Assembly: GCA_051362555.1 (NCBI GenBank)
Contig: CM120644.1
Coordinates: forward strand, 1,186,954-1,250,953
DNA length: 64,000 nucleotides
DNA from: Lingula anatina
Taxonomy: Eukaryota; Animalia; Brachiopoda
Direction: 5' to 3'
The notes under the pieces: model-generated
The model's database searches: none
What the model saw: the letters and a program-made list of their open reading frames with translations, nothing else
What the model was told of the DNA's origin: nothing
Shown: positions 51,664 to 63,600 of the stretch, in pieces
Layout: each line of letters opens with the position of its first letter
Numbering within the stretch: the stretch's first letter is position 1
Program-made: the position numbers and the translations under genes

Positions 51664-54450
51664 CCGAAAGCATCCGATATGTCAAGCTTATAATGTTTCA
51701 TGAGAGAAGTTAATATGAAACCAACTGTACTTTTAATCAACGTTCATCTATTAGTTCTGCGCCTGGGGTGCTTCAAGCGGCTCGGTGTCCTCATGCTCGG
51801 CTGCCAATTTTACTCCCGTGGTCACAGAAATGGGGCTTTGCTATCAGTTCAACTGCGGTAGGTAGTTCTGTTGGCAACTAATGATCAGCTTTCTTTTGTC
51901 ATTCGTTTGGTTTTAGCATCTCAAAAAGTGCGCTTTTATTACTGTTTTTCTCAAATGGAGGACTGTTAGTGTCATTAATTATTTATAAAGAATTTTATGA
52001 CCAAATCACTTTACTATGTTTATTAGAGATATTGTTTAGATGAAATATCGGACTATTAGTTTTTCGTTCACTCCTTAATTAGCTCAATGAGCTTTACAAC
52101 AGGACATTAATTCGATATGCTTCAGCCCTAAGCCGCGTTTTAACGATTGGTCTCTAAGCTGCTGGTACCACAGGTAGTAGACGCGTAGTTGCACCTGTGG
52201 ATTCTGACTAAATTGACCACCTGTCTTGGAGTTACGAGTCCACTACTTAGGGTCGATAGGCTGTAGTGTTTTCTATCAAAACTGTCCTGCCGGTTGTATA
52301 GAAAATTCTATACTGTCACTTGTATTTAGAACAATTAGACATACGCCATTGTTTGAGAAACCTTCAATATTCATTTTCCATTTCAAAAATGCGTTAAAGA
52401 AATGCCTCATTTACGAATTAGTTTTTATTTTTCTAATCAGGCGATACCAACTTGAAAACGTGGGTAGAGGGGTCATCTAATGGCCTCACTCTTCATCTCT
52501 GGACCGCCCAAGAGGAGGCGCTGTCGTCGGTATTTACAGCGGGATACACGGTAATGTCGTCTGCTTTTTGTGAAGAATAACCAACAGTTTTATCGTTTTT
52601 TTAAGGTTAATTGCTCAGCACGCCATCAGTCAACTTGAAGTGACAGCTCAAATCGGATTACCAAGTCAAACATCGATTTTTGGAGTAAATAGGAGTGTTT
52701 TAAAACATTACATTATAGTGACATCAGGATTTAATTTCTGGTGTCATAGGAAAAGAAGTCCCACTCATATTTATGCCCGGATTTAAGTTCCCATTAGGAC
52801 TATTGCTCGTAAGGAATAGTGGTTCGTAGGATCTTGGTTCCTGGCGGACTGCATTCCGTTTACTCCGGCACTCCACGTACAGAAAAATTATCAACTTCAA
52901 ACCAGAACTTTCTTACAAGATGTTAGTTACATACATTAATGGACATGCAAAATTCCTGTCATGTGGGCACTCCCTTCACTAGTATCAACTTTTAACCAAA
53001 ATTTAGTTACAACATGTAAGTTATATTCATATTTGGACCTGTAAAATGGTTATGCATCTTGCCTCTTGTTTTTTTTTTTCTTAAATGCAGTTTTTATACC
53101 TTTAACGATATAAACATTGCTACAAGTATCAATTGAAGATATTTAATTGAACATTTTCATCAATTTAATGTGTATTTCCCTTCTCCCAATATACACCAGG
53201 TTCGCGTCCACAACCCTCACGAATTCCCAGAGATTCGGAGTCGCGGGCTCCTCGTGGCCCCCGGAGCCACTACCCAGCTGTCCATTAAACAGGCTCGGGT
53301 ACGGTAACAAGTCTTTAGTGTATACAGAACTGTATAGATGACCCGTTTATAGCGGGAAATGAGATGGCAAAACCGTCGCCAATTTATTGATTCTTTATTA
53401 TTAGCATATTAGGACAGGATTAACGGTTATTAAAAAAAACTATATCCTTTTGTACCTGTTCGTCAAGTGTATATGTAGATGGAAATTATTGATTTGTTGA
53501 AAATCAATCTAGGAATAAGTATGATGAATTAGGAAAAGGGCTGTTGGAGAGAAAATGTTCACTTATATTATTGATAACAAGCCTTTGCATCACTTGTAAA
53601 CTCTATGTTCTTCTGCTCCATTTAAGGCTCAGAATCTTCCGTCACCTTACGGTAACTGTAGAGACGGCAGTTTGACGTATTTCAGAGAGTACTCCAAGGT
53701 TAACTGCATGGCAGAATGCAAGTAAGTCCAGTACAAAACTAATAGCTAGCGAAGGTACACTGTATATCCAAAACTTGACGTAGCAATCGCTGTTGTAGAC
53801 AGTGCTGGGAAAGGCAGGAAATGTAATCCTTCATAATACTTTAATAAAAATTGGCTCTATCGAAAAATATAAAAAAATGTTTCTGATATGCCCACATTGA
53901 TTTAATTTTATTTGCATTTATTGAAATCTGTTTGTTCATTCATTTATTAATTTACATAATTATTTATTTCAGCCATAAAAACATAATGCAGAAATGCGGT
54001 TGTCGTCTGCACTACTATCCCCCAGTGGCGGGAACGAGGGAATGCTCCCCTTATGACGTCTACACTTGCGTTGGTCAACAGCTTGTCATCGACTCCGATG
54101 AGAAGGCGGCCGCTTTAAACTGCGACTGTTCAGAGCCGTGCAGCGGAGTATCATACCAGCACGGAGTGACACACAGCCGGATATCCGACTCCTACGCAAA
54201 TTACTCCGCGACTATAACTGGCAAGTCACCCGAATACGTGAATTCGAATTATGTCATCTTAAAAGTGTATTACTCTGATTTAAGTTACCAGGAAACTATA
54301 CAAAGTGCTTCGTACCCATTTCTGACACTTCTAGCAGATATAGGTGGCGCACTTGGGCTCGTCCTGGGCATGACCATGATGACTCTGGTGGAGGTGGTCG
54401 ATTTCTGCTTCCAGCTGTGCTGGCTGCAGTTCTACAAAAGGAAAACTTAA
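50563..54450 (+). CDS. DEG/ENaC (ASIC-like) ion channel subunit, ~480 aa, 6 coding exons
   Basis: Exons approx 50563-51120, 51755-51857, 52441-52550, 53200-53298, 53628-53722, 53973-54450. Motifs RRFIW-TM1, FPTVTICNNN, MGLCYQFN, LPSPYGNC, the Cys-rich thumb (C...C...CGC...C.C...C) and TM2 LLADIGGALGL. Confidence 0.93.
51560..51661 (+). mobile_element. Possible LINE/SINE 3' tail ending in aataaa-(ATT)n
   Basis: gaaataaatatattattattatt... tail typical of L2/CR1-type ends; no coding part seen. Confidence 0.3.
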
Positions 54451-55690
54451 GTTTTTTAAGGACAGTGGTGCACAATTGAGAGGTTTTCTTCTTGGACGAA
54501 GGTTTTACGACTCTGGAAAACACAGTCGAAAGTTGAATGTAAACATTATTCAGAAATAAGCATATAAACATTTTATAATGGCTGTAAAAGCACAATATGA
54601 TGACTTGATTAATCTGTTAAATACCGGTATATCCGTTATATATCTTCAAACTGAACTGAAAATAATGAATTGTGTCCCAAAGTGTCGTCTTTATATGAAC
54701 ATATGGTTGCGTTTTGCTTAAGGGTTCTATGTACATGTCCCAGTACGAGTGTATGTATGTCTCAGAACGTACTTTTGTTGTTTTGTTTTTTGTTATTCAT
54801 ATAAATCTCTTGTGTACTCGGACAACTTTTTTTACTTCTTTGCAATTTCACTCCCTATTTATTTCTCGGTGAAATTCATGTTGGCTTGTATCAAGACGTC
54901 TTTTCTGCATGTACATCTTTCATTTTTATAAAACGCATTATAAAGCACCAGCTTGTTTACGATTTTTCCCCTCTTATCATCATTAATATGGCAACACTGG
55001 CGCATGTTACGCAAATAGGTCTATAACTTGCATATTTCATTTTTTCACCATCCAAATACGTGCTGTTTTTTCTTTCAAACCAAAATCAGATATCTCTTAT
55101 TATTCAGATTGTACATCCATGACGACATAACAGAATGTGAAAGAACTTTCATGATATATTTTTATTATCCGAAACGAGGCACGAATCTATCATATGCTGG
55201 TTCTGTAATTGGTTGACTTTATTTTGTAGACATGCGTTAAAAGGATTTTTAATATGGCGACCTTAAATTTGTTCTTTGTATATTTGTACACATTTTTACA
55301 ACAGGGGTCAAGAAAACATATACCTTATATCCTCTACATGTCTTGCAGAGGGAGATTTTAATAAAACTAAAATGGGCGCACGGAAGTGATCCAAGCTGGA
55401 ATTTTGAATGCAATATACAAATATGGGATATGTAAAATATTTTGTATATACAGGATTTTCTATCTCCTTTCAATCAACCTGGTGTCTGTTATAGCAAAAT
55501 AAGTTCAATTAAACAAAGATAATCAATAAAAAGCACTGAATCGAATAGCATTTTAATCATCAGTTTTCTCTACAGACAATGAATATTGTAAATACAACAG
55601 AAAACTGAACATTCATCAAGTGTCTTGATTGACGTTACTCGCAGGCAACCAAGTTCACTTCATTAAACTGCTTTCCGTAATCTACCGAAT

Positions 55691-56459
55691 CTACCCGAGG
55701 ATTGCCGAGCAGCGACAGAAGTCCTTCGGGCAGTACCCTGCTGCGCAGTTAGACTGACACCAAGAGTCGTGAGCAGCGCCGTCCTGCTTGTTAGAGCCGA
55801 TGTAGACGCAGTTCTTCCCTCCTGACTGCCCGCCGCTGGTTTTTGGTGGCTCGGTACGTTTGGGAGGGACGGTGTGGGTGACAGGGGCCTCCGTCCGAGA
55901 TGTCACTGGACCGGTGGTGAACGGTTTAATGTTAATGGCGCCCTTCCCTAATTGGGAATTTAAAATACAACCAAATTAAAGTTTTACTCATAAAAACATA
56001 TAACCTAGAAATGTTATTTTTTTAATTGCAATCGTTCTGGTGAAAATAGGGTTTCCGTTACACCTAAGATGTAGGAAAAAAAACAGCTATTTATTCCATC
56101 CAACTTTTCGCCAGAAATAAAAGAAACAAAATGGTTATCATAAACGTATTTAAAGAAAGAAAAGGAGAAGTGCTGTATTAGTGTACTTGTGAAAGTAGTC
56201 CATGGTGCTATTTACCGATAGATACGTCCGCGCAGTTATAAAACTCCTCCTGAGGTCCGCATCCTAGGCAACCACGCCCATTAGCGTCCGTACCCCAGCT
56301 GTTACCTAGGTATAAATGAAACCATAAAGAGATGTAGCTCTGGGATATCAAATATAGGGATATCAAACTTCTGTTAATTGTTTAATAGGCTTTATATTGT
56401 ACTTTCCCTTTCAATAATTTCAGAGAAAAATGAATGTCAGCATAGCTGCATGTAAATGG

Positions 56460-56498
<39 letters not shown>

Positions 56499-58001
56499 TA
56501 AAGAGAGGGGGAGAGGGAGTAACTTCCGCATTATTTTAGGGTTTGCAACAAACCATGGAAGAGGAATTAAATGTGGGAGTTGGGCAAAGAAGAAATACCA
56601 ACTGAAATAGACAAGCACGAGGGTTCTCACCTGTACGATATTTCCACTGCATCACACACTGAGAGCAGGTGAGACCAGCAGGCAGCTTGTATTTCATTCT
56701 GTATGTGGTGGGTCCTTTATCAACCTGGGTGCGAGCACCGCTACCATCCGCTCTCTGGGAACAAGACATGTGACGGCTTTGGATTTGTTTCCCAAGCCAA
56801 TATGGTAAACGTACCTTTTTTCTCGTATTCTACTTCACACAAAGCTGTGCACAATATTCCCGTTTTTGTTCTAATCTCTTAACACGTGGATACTCTGAGT
56901 TTGTACAGAATATGCGTTTTGTTTCGTAAAAAGAAATCTTTTTTTTCAATTTTTTTTAAAATTATGGTCTAATTTTGAGAAATATGTAACTATTTACTCT
57001 TAAATATCTGCTATTTGGTCTCAGTTTTCTTTTTATTGTGGTTATTCTTTTCCTTAATCTTTGTAAAATTTGATAAACTCTTTATATGCTACTCAAAAGA
57101 ATGCCAAAATTTGATATCTTAACATAAATTCATACTATCCTATCAAACGATTATGGCGCGTGCAATATGAACATGTGATTGTGGGAAACAAAAGTCTTTC
57201 ACAAGCAAAAAAAAGTCCACATCGGCACTTAATTCAATACCAGCTAAATCTGTTCAAAAGAACAAGACACCGTGTAATATATGATATAGTTTACCTGCAG
57301 CAGGTACCTGTCCAGACAGGCCTGAGTGGCCGGGATACTGGGGTTGTTATGAGGACATAACCGGAACTCAAACCAGCCCTTATGCGCAGCCGTCAAATAG
57401 ACCTCGATGTCGATGACTTGACCGGTTTGATAAGAACGCACGATGGTGCCGGTTGCATAGCGACCGCCAGCTTCATGGTCACGTTTTCCGTCGTAGGGGT
57501 CGCCACAGATGCCGCATTTCCCACCGTTAGTGTTCCATTGCCTCTGTGGATAGGATGAATAGCACAAAAAGTGACCATTTTATAAAACGAAAAAACCATT
57601 GACTTAAAACTTCTTACCGCAAAATTATTTACCTAAACCATTTTTCCCTACCGAATTTTCACCATATTTAATTGAAATGGGCTGTATCTGCGATAGGGCC
57701 TACACTCTGCAGTGGGTAAAAACTAGCGTGCCTCAAAGAAGAGGGGTCGATCTTTAGATTCTTTCAAAGCGAAATAAAGAAAACAAACAAGCGAGTTTTT
57801 CCGGATGTATCTTTCATATTTAGCAATAGTTACCGAAAATCCCCCACAGTACAGTCCGTCATCGTCGTAATTGGTCGGAGTGCCGAACCCGAACCGCCAC
57901 GCGCAGTTCCTAGACGGTGGATTGGTCAGTCGGCCGTGACCTTTGACATAGTGGACAGCCAATAAGCTGACCAACGCACAACACAGCACGAGCTTCATCA
58001 T
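55691..58001 (-). CDS. AA15-type lytic polysaccharide monooxygenase (chitin-binding type-4 domain) with a Thr/Pro linker and Cys-rich C-terminal module; isoform using the proximal exon 1
   Basis: Exons 57834-58001 (signal peptide + HGRL..PP.R..AWR.G...NY.D..LYCGG), 57295-57543 (GKCGICGDPY, TAAHKGWFEFRLC), 56631-56754 (LP.GLTCSQCVMQWKYRTG), 56216-56305 (NSWG...GCGPQEEFYNCADV), 55691-55947. Confidence 0.93.
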
Positions 58002-58759
58002 TTCTGCGTCAGTTTTGATCGCGCTGCAGACGACATCGATGGGAAAGGTGTCGTCTGCTTACAGTCACATGGTGCCTCATGACCCAATTGACCTAGCCTT
58101 GAGACCGTCCTCCTACTGAAGTCACGCTTAATGTGTCACCAAGGAGTTTTGAAACAGGGGTTCAGAAACCCTTGTCTGCAGGGCTTGTCGGTAACTATTA
58201 TGCGCTTTTGCACAGCGATAGAGATTGACCTATAGGACCGGCGAGTTCTGCGTAGAGGACTTATGGTTCATCTTATAACCTTGGGAACCTTCACATTTGG
58301 GGAGTCTGCAAACTAATGCTGGCAATATTGATATGGCACATGTTTAACTTGGTTTCCTCGTGAACTCGTAGTGCAGCTTCACGTCATATTCAACTTCCCA
58401 TTTTGTTCATAGCTTCAATCTTATTATTAGATATTATTTTATTTATTTATTTATTGTGACAATTGTCTAAAGTAGACGACAGTTCAAAGTTTTAGAATAA
58501 ATTACCCGCAGTGAAAGTCGAAGAACTAGCTTCGCCGCACTAAGTTCCACAGTCAAATGCCACTAACAAATATTTTAAACGCCGCGCACTTTCACTTTTC
58601 AATTGAGACTCGTAGGTGTAAGTATTGGTAGTAATATCATGATTTAGTAAAGCGATCTTGCACGTTAGACCAGATGTCCTGAAGGGAAAACATTGAAACA
58701 ATTGCAAAAGTGTACACTGTCGGTTTAGGACAAACAATACTAGTACGTGTGTTTGTGCT

Positions 58760-58839
<80 letters not shown>

Positions 58840-58899
58840 TATGCAGGCAGGTATAAGAGATGTAAGCGCAGCTTAGACATAGATTACTGCAACCAATAG

Positions 58900-58944
<45 letters not shown>

Positions 58945-58954
58945 AAGAGCCTAC

Positions 58955-59122
58955 CCCCTTTCCGCCGCAGTACAGTCCGTTATCGCTGTAGTTGGGTGGC
59001 GTGTTGAAGCCATACCGCCAGGCACTGTTCCTGGCCGGAGGATCGGACATTCTTCCATGACCTCTGACCTCTTGGACAATCACTATGACAACCAAAACAT
59101 ATATTACGTTCAGCTTCGTCAT
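58955..59122 (-). CDS. Second (distal) first exon of the AA15 LPMO: signal peptide + His1 segment
   Basis: MTKLNVIYVLVVIVIVQEVRG/HGRMSDPPARNSAWRYGFNTPPNYSDNGLYCGGKG followed by GTAGGC; 168 nt and phase 0, the same length and phase as exon 57834-58001. Confidence 0.85.
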
Positions 59123-59269
59123 GGCGGTGCAAGGTCTATGATGTCGATTTCACCGAGTGTGGATCAGGTTTATGATATGTGAGGATTTATGTGGCGTTAG
59201 GAGGATGCAGGTTTGTACGTTCCCATCGATAAATGCGTAGAACAGTATACGAATCATTATCCCCACCCC

Positions 59270-59320
<51 letters not shown>

Positions 59321-60674
59321 TTGTTTACAGCATTTATGTATTACTACTAACAGTAGATCAAAAACCAGAAGATTGGGCGTTGCTACATGTACTTGTACCC
59401 TACCATTGTAAACGATCTTTTTAATACGGTGCAACAGTTTTGAAATCTAGTAAACATTTCTATATTGAATATAAATATGCAACAGTTTTTCGATGAAGAT
59501 TAATCTAAGCAGCGGATTAAGACAGGCATGCACGCTGTATAAGAGGCACGTGGCAGTTCTCACGCTGGTACACGCGCCACACCCCGAGTCACACAGTTAA
59601 CTGGGATCAACTCTCCGTTTTTAGCGTTCCTCTGTCTACAAAAGACGATGCGACAGGAAGGGAAGTCGCAGGAATGGAACAACGAGATTGCACTTGATGA
59701 ACAGGAGTTAGGGTTAGTCGGATGTAACATGGTAAGTTTTAGGGGTGAATGTCAGCTGTAATGAGGAACGGATTACCTACCCAGTGTGACGACGTTATTG
59801 GCTTGTCTTCTTTATGTTACGCGAGGTAGCAAATACGACTCGGTTATAGGCTTTCTTATGATTTATTAACTACTTTCCAGTTGTTACATGTGTAGCTATC
59901 GAACTGTCGTTCCTGCCACACCGGCGCACACTCCACCCAATGAGCTCAGCCATCCGTCACGTTGTGATGATCCTCGCTGCTACAGTGTTACAGTGACCAG
60001 TTGATGAAAACAATACAGCAGTGAATTATGGGTGTGTGGTAATTCCCCTGTGTGATAAGACCCAATACCCATAGCCACCATTAGTATACGTAGATTACCC
60101 CATCTCTGCGGGGGATCTCACTAAGTGCAAAATAAAATGTGAATGAAAGAAAAAATATACCAAATTAAAATTAAGGTCTTACACTTTTATGATCCACTCT
60201 ATCTTTTTTATGTAATTTTGAAATGTCAAAAATTAATGTCAAAATGACCTTGTCAAATACTCATGAAAATGTGTGTTTTAGCGTACTTCTGAAATACATT
60301 GCTACATTTCTAAAGTTGCAGTAAGGTGGCAACTGTGAAATTTTGTAATTGGGTACAGAAGGTGCCAGTTTAAAAAAGAAAGGCAACAATGCTTGTGATC
60401 AATATTTTGATTGCTTTATTCTTACATGCACTGTTGATTGAAAGAAGAATCTCACAGTGACTTGAGGTTGAAAGATATATTCATGAGCCCCTTCCTAAGA
60501 CAAGCTAATTATTCATGGTTGAAAAGGCATGAATATAAGGTGAGATAAATGTGAAAATCAGCTTGTCTGAGGGGTGGGCTTGATATCTACTCGAACTAAA
60601 CAGGGACATTTTCAGTCCATATGCTAGCAGTCGGTCAAGGGAAACTATGGATGAGCTATGGAGTTTAAATACAG

Positions 60675-63600
60675 TTTTTTTTTTTTTTTTTTTTTATTCA
60701 CAAAAAGACAAACAAAAATACATCTGTAGACACACACACTAACACACACACACACACAATAACACACACAAGACATTCATTATACATTAAGTAAACATGT
60801 AGATAGCCGGACTACGTACGAAACAGTATATTACAAGTGATGCTGCACATAACAAGATACCAACATTTTACATTTCACATAAGAAATTAGCGAAAAAGTA
60901 AAGTAAATTTATAAGTGGAGAAACTAGTCAAAAATAGAATCCCAGGTTCTCCACTCTGTAAGAAAATGGCCTAATTGAAGATTTTTTTGAGAAACATATT
61001 TTTCTAATTCGAATTTTGTTTTGATATATAAGAGAAGGGAAGGGAAGGTCGGCTGCATTTTTCTTTTAAAACAAGTATATATATAAAATTTGGAGACAAG
61101 AATAATGTAATTTAGAGGCTTGAAATTTGTTTTGGATACTCCAAAAAGTATATTTTCATCATAGAGTGTAATTCTTTCATCAGTTTTGTTAGCAATCAAG
61201 CGTTCCATTTCAGTCCAAATGTTTCTTATTCGATAGCAATTTAAAAATACATGTCGCAAATCTTCCCTCTCCGCTCCACAGATAAAGCATTTCTCTGACA
61301 CCTCAATACCGATTCTTTTCAGGTATGACCTAACTAGTAAGATTCTAAAAATTATTCTGTATTGGAACCATTGAAGTTTTGTTTCTCGTGTAACATAGAA
61401 ACAATTCTCGTAAACATACTTCCAAGTGATATTTATATTTAGATCTAGGTTCCATTTCCTTTCGTGTACCAAGTTTTCAGGAGCTTCACTCATGAGAACC
61501 TGATAGAAATCTTTACACCCATTTCGACTCTTTATAAGTAGCTGAACCGGCTGAGGAACATAAGGAAATAAAATATCTTCAAAAATTTCTTCATTGTTCT
61601 TTTCTTTTAGCCTACATTTTAAACTGTTACGTATTCCAAAATATTTTAGATCACATACTCTTTGAAATCCAAATTTCCTTTCCAGTTCAGCTTTGGTTAA
61701 AAATTTTCCTTCGTTGAAAAGATCGCCAATTATTCTTGTACCCTTATTGTACCATTCTTTGTCCAATATTGATACCCCACCCAATTTTACTTTTCTATTA
61801 TACCACAGAGGTTCAAGAGCAATATTGCTATTCATATCTTCTATACCGTATGTTAAATCTTTCCAGGAGATAATGACATCTTTCCAAAACCTGTTATTGC
61901 AATTGCGTAAGAGTATATCTAAATAATCATTTCCATAGTCAAATATATTCCAAATAGATTGTAAATCAAAGGTGCTCTGGAGAATAGTGTTATAAACGTT
62001 ATTTTTAAGGTATAGTCTTCTTATCCATGTACATTTTAATGCCGTTATGAATTTACTTAAGTCTGTCATTTTTAGACCACCATATTCATAATCCTTTACT
62101 ATCTGACCTCTCTTTACCTTATCAATTTTGCTACCCCAAATGAATTGGAAAAAAATGGAACTTAGTTTTTTTATGAATACTGGATCTGGATTTGGCAGAG
62201 AAATGAAAAGATGGTTCAGCATTGGGATGATAAGGGTTTTTAAGATATTAATTCTACCAATAGGGGTAAGTATTCTTCTATTCCAATGCCGAATCATACC
62301 CTCTATCTTCGGGATTTGTTTATCAAAGTTTAAAGTGACCATATCGTTTAAATTTACCGAGAATTCTATACCTAAGAGATTAAATTGAGTCGAACCCCAA
62401 TCAAGTTTCCATCTAACGTGGTGAAAAACTTCCCGACTATATTTTCTTGAGCCAATCCACACTGGTTTAGTCTTGCTATTGTTGATATGGAGACCTGAAA
62501 TTTTTGAGAAATAGTCTAATGTACGGAAAGATTCTAAGAAAGAAGACCTATTACCATCTAATATAAGGGTGGTGTCATCAGCATACTGGATTATTTTAAA
62601 TTCGGTGTCACCAAGTTTTATTCCGCAAATATCTTTATTATTCTTTATCATGATTGCGAGAATCTCAGCACAAAGCAGAAAGATATAGGGAGACAAGGGG
62701 TCCCCTTGACGACAGCCCCTCGAAATTTTGAAAGGCTCCGACAAGTGGCCGTTTTGTGTAACAGAGGCCTTGCTATCGTAATTAAGGATATAAAACCACC
62801 TTTTTATAGTTTCCCCAAAATTAAAAAAGTCTAAAACTTTATCAATAAAGCCCCAATCTACAGAATCAAAGGCCTTTTCAAAATCGATAAGAATGAGTAA
62901 AGCAGGAATATTTTTCTTTTCTGCGATATGCATTAGATCATAAATTAATCTTGTATTTTCCCCAATATATCTTCCGGCAATAAACCCGGACTGAGAATTA
63001 GAAATAATTTTATCAAGATAGAGTTTCATTCTTTCCGCTATGCAGCCCGAGATCATCTTGTAAATAACATTTAAAAGGGTTATAGGCCTCCAATTTTTTA
63101 TAAATTTTCTGATTTTATCGGCTTTTGGAATACAGGTTATAATCCCAAGATTTTGACTCGCCATCATTTTCTCATTGATGAAAATTTCATTAACTGCTCT
63201 AATTATAAAACTATGTAAATCATTCCAAAAAAAATTATAAAACTCTGCAGTAAAGCCATCAGATCCAGGCGATTTGTTATTTTTCATTTTTTTCAGCACC
63301 CTCAAAAGTTCCTTTGAGGTAATTTCGGTTTGTAAATATTCCTTATCAGGCTCGCTTAATTTGGGGACATCTAAATTTGCAAAAAATAATTCTAGGTCTA
63401 CCTCTTCTAATTGATTAGTTTTTGACGAGTAAAGGCGTTCATAAAATAACTTTGCTTCATTTAGTATAAGTTTTTGATCAAATATTGTTGTTCCGTCTGG
63501 TAGTTCTAAATTCTGAATAGTTTTATTGACATAATTTCTGGATTCAAGTGAACAAAAATATTTCGTAGGCTTCTCTCCTTCCTCAATCCATCTGCATTTT

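Noticed and set aside
16197-59122. DUF5054 hydrolase, SLC28 and LPMO as a functional carbohydrate gene cluster
   Set aside because: They are separated by unrelated genes and tens of kb, with no evidence of co-regulation; proximity is likely chance.
60455-60672. Possible hAT transposase dimerisation-domain relic (EVERYIHEP...WLK...ETMDEL)
   Set aside because: Short, stop-interrupted and too weak to support without an HMM search.
61693-62388. + strand ORFs inside the LINE
   Set aside because: Antisense shadows of ORF2.
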